Assembly (NCBI GenBank): GCA_002633005.1
Contig: NMRA01000181.1
Coordinates: 444,959-508,958 of the forward strand
Origin: Phoronis australis
Lineage: Eukaryota > Animalia > Phoronida
DNA: 64,000 bases
Reading direction: 5' to 3'
Shown here: positions 51,601 through 62,840 of the stretch, piece after piece
How the letters are laid out: each line of letters starts with the position of its first letter
Position numbering within the stretch: position 1 is the stretch's first letter
Translations under genes and position numbers: made by a program
Notes under the pieces: generated by a model
Seen by the model: the letters and a program-made list of their open reading frames with translations, nothing else
What the model was told of the DNA's origin: nothing
The model's database searches: none

Positions 51601-52854
51601 TTCTCCGGTCGTTACTATGATGCTTAACAACTGACCGACATGCGACAAAATGATCTAACTTTTCGAAAACATTTATAAATTTTACACGGACATATTTTGC
51701 TTCGTCGCGGCAACGACCCAACGCTTCCGAATCTCAACGTCTTTAGAGATTGTGAAGCAGACAGTTGCGTGTCCGTATTTTTTCTAGCCGTTCGCGGAAT
51801 AACACAGTCTGAAACACAGAACTATGCCGATAAGCTAACCGAGCTATCATAGCGAGCCTCGTTTTGGAATGCGCCTCCTGTCGGCGTGAATAGGGTCTAT
51901 CGTCTCCAGTCACTGAGTAATACTTGGCTGACTTTTTAGTGACCAAATGCACTCATGAATACATGTAACTATTTCTCACAGCACCATAATTTCCATACCA
52001 TAACTGGCGACTTCCCAGGTTTCTCAAAAAAGAAGGAGCCTGCAGTTATTAGTAATTTGATTTTAGTATAAATAGCAGACCTAGTAGTTGGGTTTCCTTT
52101 AATCATACATAAGAAGTCGCGTTGCAATGCTTAAGCTAGTGCTGATTTAATTTAATACACACTGTTCAGACACATAGATGATCAGTTTAGTTTAGACCTA
52201 GTTTTAGGTTTGCATTTATATCACTGCAGTTGTACGAGTTACTCTGACAACAGTGTGAAAAGCGATGAATAAAGAATTGTCTTTAATTCAGCATGGACTA
52301 GTTTCAACATCTGCATGGTTAACATCCAGGGATCGAGCTCCGGTCTGGACAGAAACCTTTTCTGACTTAACTCTAGGTCAGATGATGTGACAACATATGG
52401 CAAGTAAGAAGACTATTAATTCTTCCTTAAACCAATGTGCTGATTTATAGCAGCACAATTATATTCATTTAAATGACTTTATTTTTTTGAAAATTTTCAC
52501 ATAAAAATTCTACTTCTCCACACAACCAAAATTAACAAGTGTACCTTTTTCACCGAGGGTTAATTCAGAAAACTTTTTTTCTTCTTTTCGCTCAACTATG
52601 TCCGACTTCTTGTTTCCTGTTGTGTAGCTTCGATGGCACCAAACATGAGACGTTGGCAACAGCCTGACATACCAAGATCCCAATACACGTGTAGTCCACA
52701 AACAGTCCTTTAACAAGCAGCCATGGGGTAGGCTGGTAATTTTTCCTAGGTTGCTTCGGGTTGCCTTAGCATAGTGTTGAGCTTGCCGTGCTTTCTGAGG
52801 ACAAAGAGTCTCCAGCTCTAACAGAACAGCTCGGGCAGATCCCAAAAACGCCAT
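45605..52854 (-). CDS. TIMM21: Mitochondrial import inner membrane translocase subunit Tim21, 6 coding exons, 257 aa
   Basis: Phase-consistent exons 52854-52545, 50298-50236, 47673-47576, 47461-47388, 46120-46021, 45733-45605 (774 nt). Basic presequence-like N-terminus, TM segment KDVSYLAVVVAGVGITGLLFYLIGREIFSSQSPSGVY, LGEPIKGYGETTSRGRRRHV, HIQMKFYIEGPRQKGTVHLE, YEYNYLIVELDSAYPKRNLVIEDNR are Tim21 signatures. Confidence 0.93.
46279..46805 (+). mobile_element. TRIM (miniature LTR retroelement) with tRNA-like Pol III promoter in both LTRs, copy 1
   Basis: 5' LTR ~46279-46429, PBS TGGCATAGTTGGCA 46432-46445, PPT AGGAAAGGGGGGGGA 46652-46666, 3' LTR TGT...ACA 46668-46805; each LTR has A-box TAGCTGAATGG and B-box GGTTCGATTCC. 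Confidence 0.85.
50408..51900. mobile_element. Non-autonomous DNA transposon with ATAGACCCTATTCACGC TIRs spanning the assembly gap
   Basis: ATAGACCCTATTCACGC at 50408 and its reverse complement ending at 51900; a second copy of the right end (~60 bp) at ~33721-33779. Confidence 0.65.
50964..51550. other. Assembly gap (587 N)
   Basis: Run of N characters. Confidence 1.
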
Positions 52855-52865
52855 CAGCTGATTCG

Positions 52866-52962
52866 TTTACATTCAAAGCCTTCAATGAAAATTTCAGCAG
52901 ATTTCAAGTGTTGTAGTTTTACATTCAGAACCTTCAATGAAAATTTCAGCAGATTTCAAGTG
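52866..52962. repeat. 45-bp direct repeat (period 52) just upstream of the TIMM21 start codon
   Basis: tttacattca.a.ccttcaatgaaaatttcagcagatttcaagtg at 52866-52910 and 52918-52962. Confidence 0.9.
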
Positions 52963-53714
52963 ACACAACTTTCAAGAAAAATGTGTATAACTTTTCCTCA
53001 AGGCACTTTATGGGCATTTTGCTGTGTAAGTACGCTGTGCATATTGACGGACATACAGGGAACTCAAGGGTAGGTGCAAGCCAGAAACAGACGAGTACTT
53101 GGTCTGCAAGATCTAAAGAATGAGAACTCTGGGACAACTGTTTTTTTATAAATATGAGAGGGCATTTTTCTTGAGCTTCACAAACACAAAAGACCAACAC
53201 TTCAAAACATGCAAAGTGAAAAATAGGGCCGTTTGTTGAGCATAGTTTTGGAAAATGAAGTGAAAGGCAGGATAAATGTAACAACAATATGCCCATTGTT
53301 GGCGCTTTTTCAAAATCAAGAGAGCATCCATATATATAAATTTTCAGCAAGCTATATGCGCTTTCCTAAAATTACAATTGATCTGATCATTTGCAGAGGG
53401 TAATCCATGGACTGATGTTGTTACATTCATCCTTGTATACAATTCACTGTATTAAACCAGAACATGAGCTGCCATGGACATAAAACAAACAAAAATTAGT
53501 CATCTCTGAACTTGTTGGGCTATCTATAGTTATCACTAGCTTCAGGCAATAACTACCAGCAGGCAAGATATCAATTAGGATCACCAACCCTATCCCAGAG
53601 GTATCCATGGTACAAATCTGTAAAAAATGTACAGCTTTGCAATGATGTGGGTAAAAATGACATAAAATTAAAAATCATTAATGATTAAGAGCTATGCCAT
53701 TCTTCCTTCAAAAG

Positions 53715-54110
53715 TGTAGTAATAGCCGAGATCACCCGACTCGGGGATCGAACCCGCGACCCCCATAAAACCGGCAAGCGTGCTAACCATTCAGCTAATA
53801 GGCAATTGCCCCTTAGCGAGTAGCTAACAGAGGCTCATATAATTCACCGGAAGCACATCTACAACATTCCCCCCTTTCCTACGGAACGGGCACGCGACAG
53901 GAAGGTGAACACCAGGATGTCTCACATACAGGTCATCAACGTCCCTTGGTACCTTTACCACCACAACACAGGTGAACACAAGGTCGTCTCTCATACAGGT
54001 CCTTGACTCCTGGAACCTTCCACGCGCGCCGTCCCGAGGTCCGTGGGTACTAGTTGGCAGTGCTTCATCGGTAGATCATCCGTTTGCCGACTACGCCATT
54101 TGTTGTATTA
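53715..54110 (-). mobile_element. TRIM with tRNA-like LTR, copy 2 (5' LTR missing or collapsed)
   Basis: Minus strand: PBS TGGCGTAGTCGGCA (54098-54085), ~200-bp internal region homologous to copy 1, PPT AGGAAAGGGGGGAA (53880-53867), 152-bp LTR TGTTGTAG...TACTACA (53866-53715) with A-box TAGCTGAATGG and B-box GGTTCGATCCC. Confidence 0.85.
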
Positions 54111-55579
54111 CAGCAGGTTCACTAGTTAGGCGTCTAGAAGTACTCACCAGTTAAAACACAGCTATTCAAGCTTCAGGTAAAACCCAATCCAGGTGCCCAT
54201 CCCTGACATCCTGATTGCTTGCTGAAAGACTGCCAGCAGGGTTCCCGCCAGCAGTTTAAATAAAACAAGCATCCGGGGAACCATAAAACTGACAAATCAC
54301 AAGACACCACAGAAAGATAAAGGACGAATGATGTTGACGATTACAACAAAAGTAAAGAGTGCTAAAGAAGAAGGGTTAAGGCTCGGTTAAGCTATAGTGA
54401 AGACATCAACGACCTCCTCATTGTCCCTCTATGCCCAAAAGATAGTTATAGCAACATGAATTTGATGGTTTAAATCAGTGTGAGGCATAATTCGCCGAAA
54501 CAAATCCGGCGTACTGCGGCCCTCAGTCATATAACAGTCATGAGTCATACTCATAGCACCACTGCACCACTGCCAACTGGGGCCAGTTGAGGCGGTGGTA
54601 GTCTGGTACTGTCTAGCTAGCTTGAGCTTTTTTAGATAAATTCGAACCCAGTGAAATCATAAAAACAAGTTACCCCTTGAGTTGTCTTTCAAGTTTTTCA
54701 CCTGTGCAGCGTTTGATTAACTTCTTGCGCCTGTCCTAATAGTAAGCCGGTGAATGAACAACAAACATTGGTGTGCCGGATGAAGAAACGTATTCAGACC
54801 TCTTGTTCTAGAGAGTACCGCTGAAAGCCGCTCGGTGTCTACCGTGGGGGCGTGGCCGCCGGGGTACCAGAAAACCCGCGCAAAGTGACACCGTTCATTG
54901 ATTTGTCGTTTTAACAAATTACTTCAAAACTTCATGTCAGTTCGGATTTTGTCAAAGAAAATGTATTTCTGTGTCAGACACTGTGTCCGGACACCGTTTA
55001 AATTAAACTTTGCCTTCGGAACTATTGTGATGTCCGCTGACGGTGGGTCCACGCGCCGGCACAGCACTGACAAAAGTGGGGTCACGGTGCTATAGCCTCC
55101 CAGCCCCCCTGTAGTACACACCGCTCATAGACCATGGGTGGCGCAGCACTGCAAAAAGAGTGGGCTATAGCCCGTCATCTGCGTCAACGGCGGGGATGCG
55201 TACTCGGGTGTTTAATGATGATGCCATCTGCCCAGCATTGCCGGCACCTAAATACACAATTACATCATCACAGTTTCACTGAAATGTTTGCTGGTTTTGG
55301 ATTTTTTCGATTCAGGTAACCACGGTGACAATTTAATTAGCACCTCAATATTTCTAAAAAGATAGGCCTATGTCTTTTAAGTTTGGGATAAATCGGCGAT
55401 GGGTGTGCACTGGCAACCACTGGTTGAATCCATTGTACGTTCTCGGTGACTACTGAGAGTCGAGAAGGACAACGCTAGACCAGGCCCATGGCTACTTAAT
55501 AATTTTCGAAGTGGTTAGTAATCGTTACACCGCTACGTGTACAGCACCGTGGCCTAATTATAATCATCGCTTTTAATTT

Positions 55580-55753
55580 TATTTGATTGGATCGAAATGA
55601 CGTCAAAATGACGTTATATGAAACAAATGCCCATAAAAGAGCACTTCACACGAGCTGTTGGCTTGATACGAAACAAACTTCGTTTGCCAGAGCGTGACGT
55701 CACTGATTGTTGCTAGTTTCGAAAAGACTGCTTTGCGGATATTTTAGTCAGTT
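55580..55753. promoter_or_regulatory. Putative promoter with two palindromic CRE sites and an inverted CCAAT box
   Basis: TGACGTCA at 55598-55605 and 55695-55702, ATTGG at 55586-55590, immediately upstream of ATG 55754. Confidence 0.45.
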
Positions 55754-57617
55754 ATGGACGAAACGTGGAAACCAAGGTTATTCGAGTTTTGTCAACCTTT
55801 CTATGGTGTTTTTTTAAATTCATTGAGTAATTAAGGCTCACCTACTGCCATAACTTTTCATCGTTTTAACGTAAAGGTCACTTTGGTACTGTTACTGGTC
55901 TCAAGTAATTGTTGCTTTCTTATATTACGATTTGTTCTATCGCTTTGGAAAAGTGGCACTTTCGTTATTCGAGCTGTCAGGCTAAAGGTGTTGGCTTGAA
56001 CCAGCGGCAAAGTGTTTTAGTATGAGACTCAATCTCAGATCCAGAAAACAGTCGTCAAATTTATGTTGGAGACAACTTCAACTACTCTTTAATTAAAGGT
56101 GCCAAGCCATGGCATTTAGCCTCAGGACATTGCCTTTTTGGCAGAGGGCGTCCGGTCGGTTTATAGGAGCAAATTCATTTGATTCAGCTACATGTAACAA
56201 ATCGCGACTAAGCGAGAGACACAAGACCGAATAAAAACAAACATCTAGGAAGAGGTTGCACAGAGTTAGTATAATAGACGTGAATCAATTTTGAACTCGT
56301 GGAAAATGTGCAATCAAGTTCAATTATCCACCGAGCTAGGGTTGGAAACGTTCGTTTCTCGAGACGTATGTATTGGGTTCGTTCATACCATTCTTTGTAG
56401 TCTAGTTAGTCTTGGCTGATAATAGATAATTAACAAATAAATGAATAAACGTTAACCTTATTTCCATAAGCCATATTGGTTAACTTCGCGCTTAGATTAA
56501 ATCACCCACAACTATTAAACTAGACACAACTTTTATTGTATGAACACTGGCTTATACTTACGAAAACTTCCACCTCAGTCCGACACTGACATGTGTCGGC
56601 CTTTTGCTTGGCTATTAACGAATCCGTTATTCACTGAGGTTTGAGAACCAGTACTTGTTCACATTATTCATTTTTACAGTGTCAATGTGTCTATGATTTA
56701 TTCCACTGACGACCTCGTTCGGGCTGATCCTGACCTCTCGCAAATATTTGACGAAAAGAACGACGAAATTGAGCAACTGAAAGAAACTCAGATACGCTTT
56801 GTAGCCCGGAATACTCAACTGGAATACAAAATCATTGATTTAGAAATCGAGTTGATGTACTACAAAAAGTTGTCGGAAGAAAGACGCGAGGCTTTGAGTC
56901 GCAGAGCACCACCAAAAGTAATGGTGGTAGACAATACTACGGAGACGACGTACGACGAGGAAGAGAACGTACAAAGTGTCTACAGCGACGACGCCAGAGA
57001 AATGGACGACAAAAGTTTGCAGGTAGAAATATGTGAGTAGCTCTGCGATAGCGGGGAAACGAGAACTTCTTTACTGTTGGAAAGAAAAAACAAAAAAACG
57101 CTAATTTCAGCAGAACTTAGTCTAGGAAGACTATCTTCTATCAGCGGAAAGCGATTCAAAACTAACATACTTTATTTTAAGACAAGATTCTTTTCCATAT
57201 ACCCACACGTTCACTGGCAAAGGAATTTAAAAGATTTTTTTTTACTTTTAAGTTGGATTGACACAATGACTGTCAGTCACACTAAATAGTTTTCTAAAGT
57301 TTTAAAAACTTGCGGTGTAATAATGAAATTTACTGGGACGTACGTGCAATATTGCAGATGATCTAGATCGCCCTCACGAGGGGCAAAAAGCAGACGTACA
57401 GGAAGTACTCCGAACAAAAGATGCTGAAATAAGCGAACTTCTGAACGAAATCAACTACTTGAAAGGCGAACTAAAGGTGGCTCTAGGTATTGTATCAGCA
57501 CATAGACAGATGGAAAATGGGGTGACACGTGACGGGAAGGAGCTGCTTAAAAAGGGATTGAAAGTGAGACAGAGCGACAGCGCTTTGTCGAGAGTGGCCA
57601 AGAGATTCTGGAAGTAA
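55754..57617 (+). CDS. Uncharacterised ~211-aa coiled-coil protein, 3 exons
   Basis: Exons 55754-55776, 56680-57032, 57358-57617 join in phase (AG|T, T|AT) with donors gttatt and gtgagt and good acceptors; heptad-rich segments EKNDEIEQLKETQ...LEYKIIDLEIEL and TKDAEISELLNEINYLKGELKVAL. Confidence 0.7.
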
Positions 57618-58060
57618 CTGATTATCACATCCAACCACCGACGAACAACAAAACGTTGAAGATTATACCAAAACTCGAATGTTGGTCGATGAAAAACAAA
57701 TTGAAATGATGCACACAGGATAATTTTCGTCAGTTCTAAGACGCGATCGAGTCCCCTACAAATAAATAGCACAAACAGAGACAGTTGTACTTATAAAGCT
57801 GGGCTTGGCCCTATTCAGCTGGATAAAAACAAGAATCAACTTAGGCTTCATGAAAACTATTTCTAGAATATTCATTACCGCGACAGAATTTCATTTACTT
57901 TAGTAAGAAATGCGTAGGCCTACAGGTGCAAACTGGAATAGCAATTTTAGGGTTTGGCCAATCCCAATAAACTCGAGTCGCTGAGCATTTCCATGTCATT
58001 TTTGGTAATCAGTGGAAACACATTCCAACCACCGCAAAGATTATTATGAGATATATTTTA

Positions 58061-58319
58061 CATGCCCGCACCCAGCCTTCAATTTGGGTGGCTCGAATTC
58101 CTCACGTTGTGCACATTTTGGTAACAAAACAACGGGCGGAGAATAAAAAAAAGAAACGGGGGGACCACTGTGAATTGCGCGTTTGTGATTGTGTAATGGA
58201 CTTTTGTCTCATTTTCTTGGAATTTTTTTGTATATCAGAGGCGGACCTATTTGCCCACTTCGCTCCTTCGAGCACCCCGAGCCTCCCCCCNCCCCCCCCC
58301 CCCCCTGGGTGTGCGCATG
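58061..58319. mobile_element. MITE of the 7592-7832 family with 5-bp TSD
   Basis: CATGCCCGCACCCAG / CTGGGTGTGCGCATG TIRs; TTTTA at 58056-58060 and 58320-58324. Confidence 0.8.
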
Positions 58320-60402
58320 TTTTATCAGAATAAAGGGCCTTAAACAAATGCCGGTTTCTGATCCAGCTTATCTAGGCAAAATGCCGCTTTGATTTACAAC
58401 TCTATGGAGACTGGTCACACACGTACTCAACTGAAAAAGTAAAAAGTCTTGGACGTTGATCTTTGTAATGTAGGTTAAGGCTGGAAATGTTAAGGGCAGG
58501 TCGTACATTAGGAAACGTAGGTAAGGTTGTTAGCCCACGTCATCATGATTTTTCGGACCCTTTATTTCCTGGTCACACAAAAAACAGGCAACCACACCGC
58601 ACATAGCCAACAGTTTCACATTTCACTGTCGTGCAACATTCAAACTTGACCAAAGAATAAAAGCACGCGTTTTATGCAATCCAGTCCTGGGCCCGACCGG
58701 GATATGTAATCTCCGAAATCGTACTCGACTCGAAACGTTACGTTATGTAGAGCTTTATAGACGACCTGTGCATTCAGCACAAAATCTGCAAAACTATAAA
58801 ACATAACTCGGTAAAAGTTTATATTTTCTGAACGTAAATATCATGTAGAATTTGATTTTTCGCTCTAGTATATCAATCAGCCATTCATTGGGTCAAGTGA
58901 CCACGCCTTTTAGCAATGATGACAGTATCATTAACAGACCAAAGATGCAAATATTTAAGACGAAATCTCAAAAATGATGTTGCAGATTTCTAAACTATCT
59001 TTTCGTTTTCTTCTTATGAAACTTTCGATTTTTTTTCATAAAATGACGTCTTAATTTATTTTTGATAGCTCCTCTTGAGAAAGTGAAATATTTTAAAAAC
59101 AATTCGTGGCATAGTTTTGGAGAACCGTACATAAAACTCACCACTTCATTTTAACCCAATCAGCTGTTTGTTCCGTGGTTAGCTAAATTTAGACACCCCT
59201 GGGTCCCACACATAACCTTAACGGCAATCTATGGGAACCATTCAGAACAAATATCAAGTTACTTAAAACCTGTCGTGAACTAGGACAATTTTCGAATGGA
59301 GTTTGGATTACAGAGATTAGACTCGGGGTCCAGGTCTTACATCAGAATAAAACAAGTGTCAATTGTTTAAGCATATTCTTTACCATAATAAATTTATTAC
59401 AGCTTACCAATCTCAATTTAGCATAGATATACAGCTCTGAATGGAACGGTCAAACGCAAAACGTACACTCACTGATAAGAAAGGACAGGTTTCTCGCAAC
59501 ATTTTAGACGCCATTCTCAAGTGCAAGGAATGTACATCATCTGACAAATCTCTTGAAAATACTAACGCTTAAGTAAAACATGATGTTTAGATAGATCTTC
59601 AGTATGGTGTATAAATCAGAAAGTATTTCAGATATACAATGCAATACTTCTAATAAGAACTTAAAATAAATCACATGAAACGTGTTAATGAAATATAAAG
59701 ATTTAAAGTCTTGCCACATCATATAGACTTACCCTAAGAGTCAGTACGTACTACTGCTACAGCAATATCAACATGGCAATCTGTCACAATGTTTCTAACT
59801 GTGAGGTTAAGGCATAATTTAAACCCGAAAATGAAAACATCAAGTTAAAGCATAGTTTAGACTGTCACAACGTAATAAAAACCCATTCTATCATCAGTGC
59901 AAAAATACACAAAACATAAAATACAATTTGATAAATATCATATAAGTATAATTTCTTTGAATATCAAATATTTTTGGCCTGACATCATATCATCGGTCTA
60001 ATTCTCTTTGGCAAAAATGATCATGTAGCAAAAATGTACAGGAAGCAACCAACAATTTCTACAAAACAAAAATACCGAACTTGAATCTACAGTGCTTACA
60101 GTGAACAAGCCATTAATCAGAGTTGCATGATACAGGATTCATGGGAACTAGGCCAACATCAAGTCCTTCAATAGCTTGATCTTGACTAAAACACAAATCA
60201 TACTAACTGTAATTAACTTGTAACAGCCTGTTTGAATGCTATTCCTTTAATTAATATCTACATCAATATCATTACAACCGGCTGTCCACGGTTACAGTAA
60301 TGTGTTGAACATTTTGAAACTGGCAGGTGTATCAAATATATCTAGCCATAAGGTTTAGAAAAAGTTCACAAATGGCATGATGATATCAACCCTTGCCCAT
60401 TA

Positions 60403-60430
60403 TAAGACAAGACAAGACAAGACAAGACAA
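60403..60430. repeat. (AAGAC)n pentanucleotide microsatellite
   Basis: aagacaagacaagacaagacaagacaa. Confidence 0.85.
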
Positions 60431-61039
60431 TGAAGCATCTAACCATTCATGCACCCACTTTACATTGCTAGGCACAATCCAATGTAATACCAATACCTGT
60501 TGACAATCCATTAGCTTGATAATTCTTTTATAACCTAACTCTGGTCATAAGTCAGAAATCAAGTCACGTCTTGAATTCAATTCCACTTATGTTGTATGAC
60601 TGACCTAGTTATGTTGTATGACTGTCCTAGTTTTCAAAAGGTTTATTGTGAAATATTTCTCAGCTGAGGCATGAAAAGAAAAATACGTCGCACCACAAAT
60701 TTTTTAAGTTTCAGAATTACAGCTAACTAAGCAACAGTAAAACTTAGAATGACGAATGTCAACAAATTTCTGACGTAAAATATTGACAAGTAAAGCAACA
60801 GTGTACAATTATGGAACAACTATAGTATTGTAAGCAAAGACAGCACGATGTGCAGTCACTTATATGGGTCCCGGATTTTGAGAACCAGTTTGATGCTCAA
60901 TATTTAGAGAACAAAACTGCATGGTTCTCAAAATGCAGGGGGTCCTCTAAACGACTATTACCATATGATGACAGAGGGCGCAATGGTATTTCAGGATGTG
61001 ACTACGAATGCACACACAATACTCTCTTCAGGAATGAGC

Positions 61040-62840
61040 TTATTTTTTGGTTGGAGAAGACATTAATTCTGGCCTAGTGTGAGGCCGTGTGCTTGGTTCA
61101 TCTTTACTCTGTGGCCTTTCATCGTCCGCTGAGTTATAACTGTATCTCAGTTCCATCCCTTTTTGATAACCGAGATGCAATTGTCTTAAGGTTTTCACCA
61201 TTTTGTCCGCTCGTTCATCGCCGCCAAAGTCAGATTTCCATTTCAGATATTTCTTTTCCTGCGGAGTGAGTTTTGGTGTACTTAACTTTTTTCGTGTTCT
61301 CTCCATGCTTTTTTCTCTTATTTGTTCCCGCTTTTCAGCATCCTAAAATGGTCAAAAAGATATTTGATTCACACAGTTTAATCTGATCATGGAATCTGTT
61401 TACAAACACCTGTCATTAATTTAATGTAACTACATCCAGCAACTGCTTGTAATTGCCTGGATAACCAATTTTTCAAACAACGACAACTTTCATTAAAAAA
61501 AGGGCCCCAAGGGCCTTTTAAGTAACCCAAAAACATACAATTCTGTACATTGCAAATTTATGCATTCAGAAACTATTTTGCCCATGGGATTGGCGCGATT
61601 TCATAGACAGGAGTTCAGTTACAGAACTTCCTAGTATCTAACAAGCATGCACCACAGATTTAGGTTTAAGGCATTCCAAGTAATTTAAACAGAAAAAACA
61701 TCATGCCAGTAATCAATCAATCCAGTTGTGTACTGAAAAAATATGCTTTCCATAGACCATTTTAGAAACTTTATTAAAAATAACACTTTACCTTATAAGC
61801 CATGTCATTTTCATCATAATAAACACGGGCCAGTTGACGCCCTCGTGTGTTAGTAAACTGCCGCCCATAGCTCCCGGCACTGGAACCACTGCCACTGTCA
61901 CTCAAGCTGTAAATAAATGGCCGCGTTATTACAGAATTTGTCGCCAAGCGGGAACAAGGGCAAGTAGTGTACATGTACAGGATTAGAGTAGTGACCTCTG
62001 GAAGGGGTGACATATAGGTTGTAAGCATGGGAACTAAGTTTTCAGCATTTACACTGCAGCCAATCTTTTCACAGACAACACAGTTCAGCTTCAGCTATTT
62101 CTTGTGTATGTCCCCGTACTACATCACACAGTGGTGTTATTGGAACAAGATCGAGCTTTCCTTAAGCATCAAGACCCAGTTCATTAATTTGCAAAGCACA
62201 ATTAAGCTCCGCGTCCTAGAAAGCATGGTAATAAAATGGAACCTTCTACGTTTGGTATTAAGCTAGGACCTCTCAATTAACACGCTGACACTGATTGAAG
62301 CCGCAGAATAAAACTAAACATTCTTATAAGATGTGTTAGCAAATTACTGATCATCTGCTGACAGCCCATTACCATACCCTATATGTTTCCAATACAATAA
62401 AACTAATCTGGTGCAGGAGCGCTACTTTCTAACAATTGGGGGCAGTGGAAGTCCCCTTATCAAAATCTTGCTGTTACAAGAATTCCTTTGATAACCTCAG
62501 AGATGGCAAGGGTAAAGCACCTCGCCTAGCCTGGTCTTGGTGTAGCAAGGTCTGTTAACGCTATTCCATGTCACGGAAACCTACCCTATGTTTTTCTTAA
62601 GTAAAATGACTATGAACATCAAGCACACAAACAACAAAGTGATGATTCACCTCAGCCTTCTCTTGGCTCTTTGCTTCCTCACTTCTTCATAACTGGGGAA
62701 CATGTAGTTGCCCGTCACAGGTGGCCGATCTACAGGTGGGTATAGTGGAAACACATCACAGTATTTGACGAAAGCACCATGCCCTCGGGGGCATGTGAAA
62801 TACCTTTTACCATTGAATACTCCATTGTGAGTTGAGCCAA
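61040..62840 (-). CDS. CAP-Gly domain-containing protein, last three coding exons (5' part outside the window)
   Basis: Exons 62840-62651 (GSTHNGVFNGKRYFTCPRGHGAFVKY = second half of a CAP-Gly domain), 61906-61792 and 61342-61040 join in phase with GT-AG boundaries and end at TAA. Confidence 0.8.

Noticed and set aside
50920-51721. Long ORFs of 205-254 aa
   Set aside because: Artefacts of translating the N gap.
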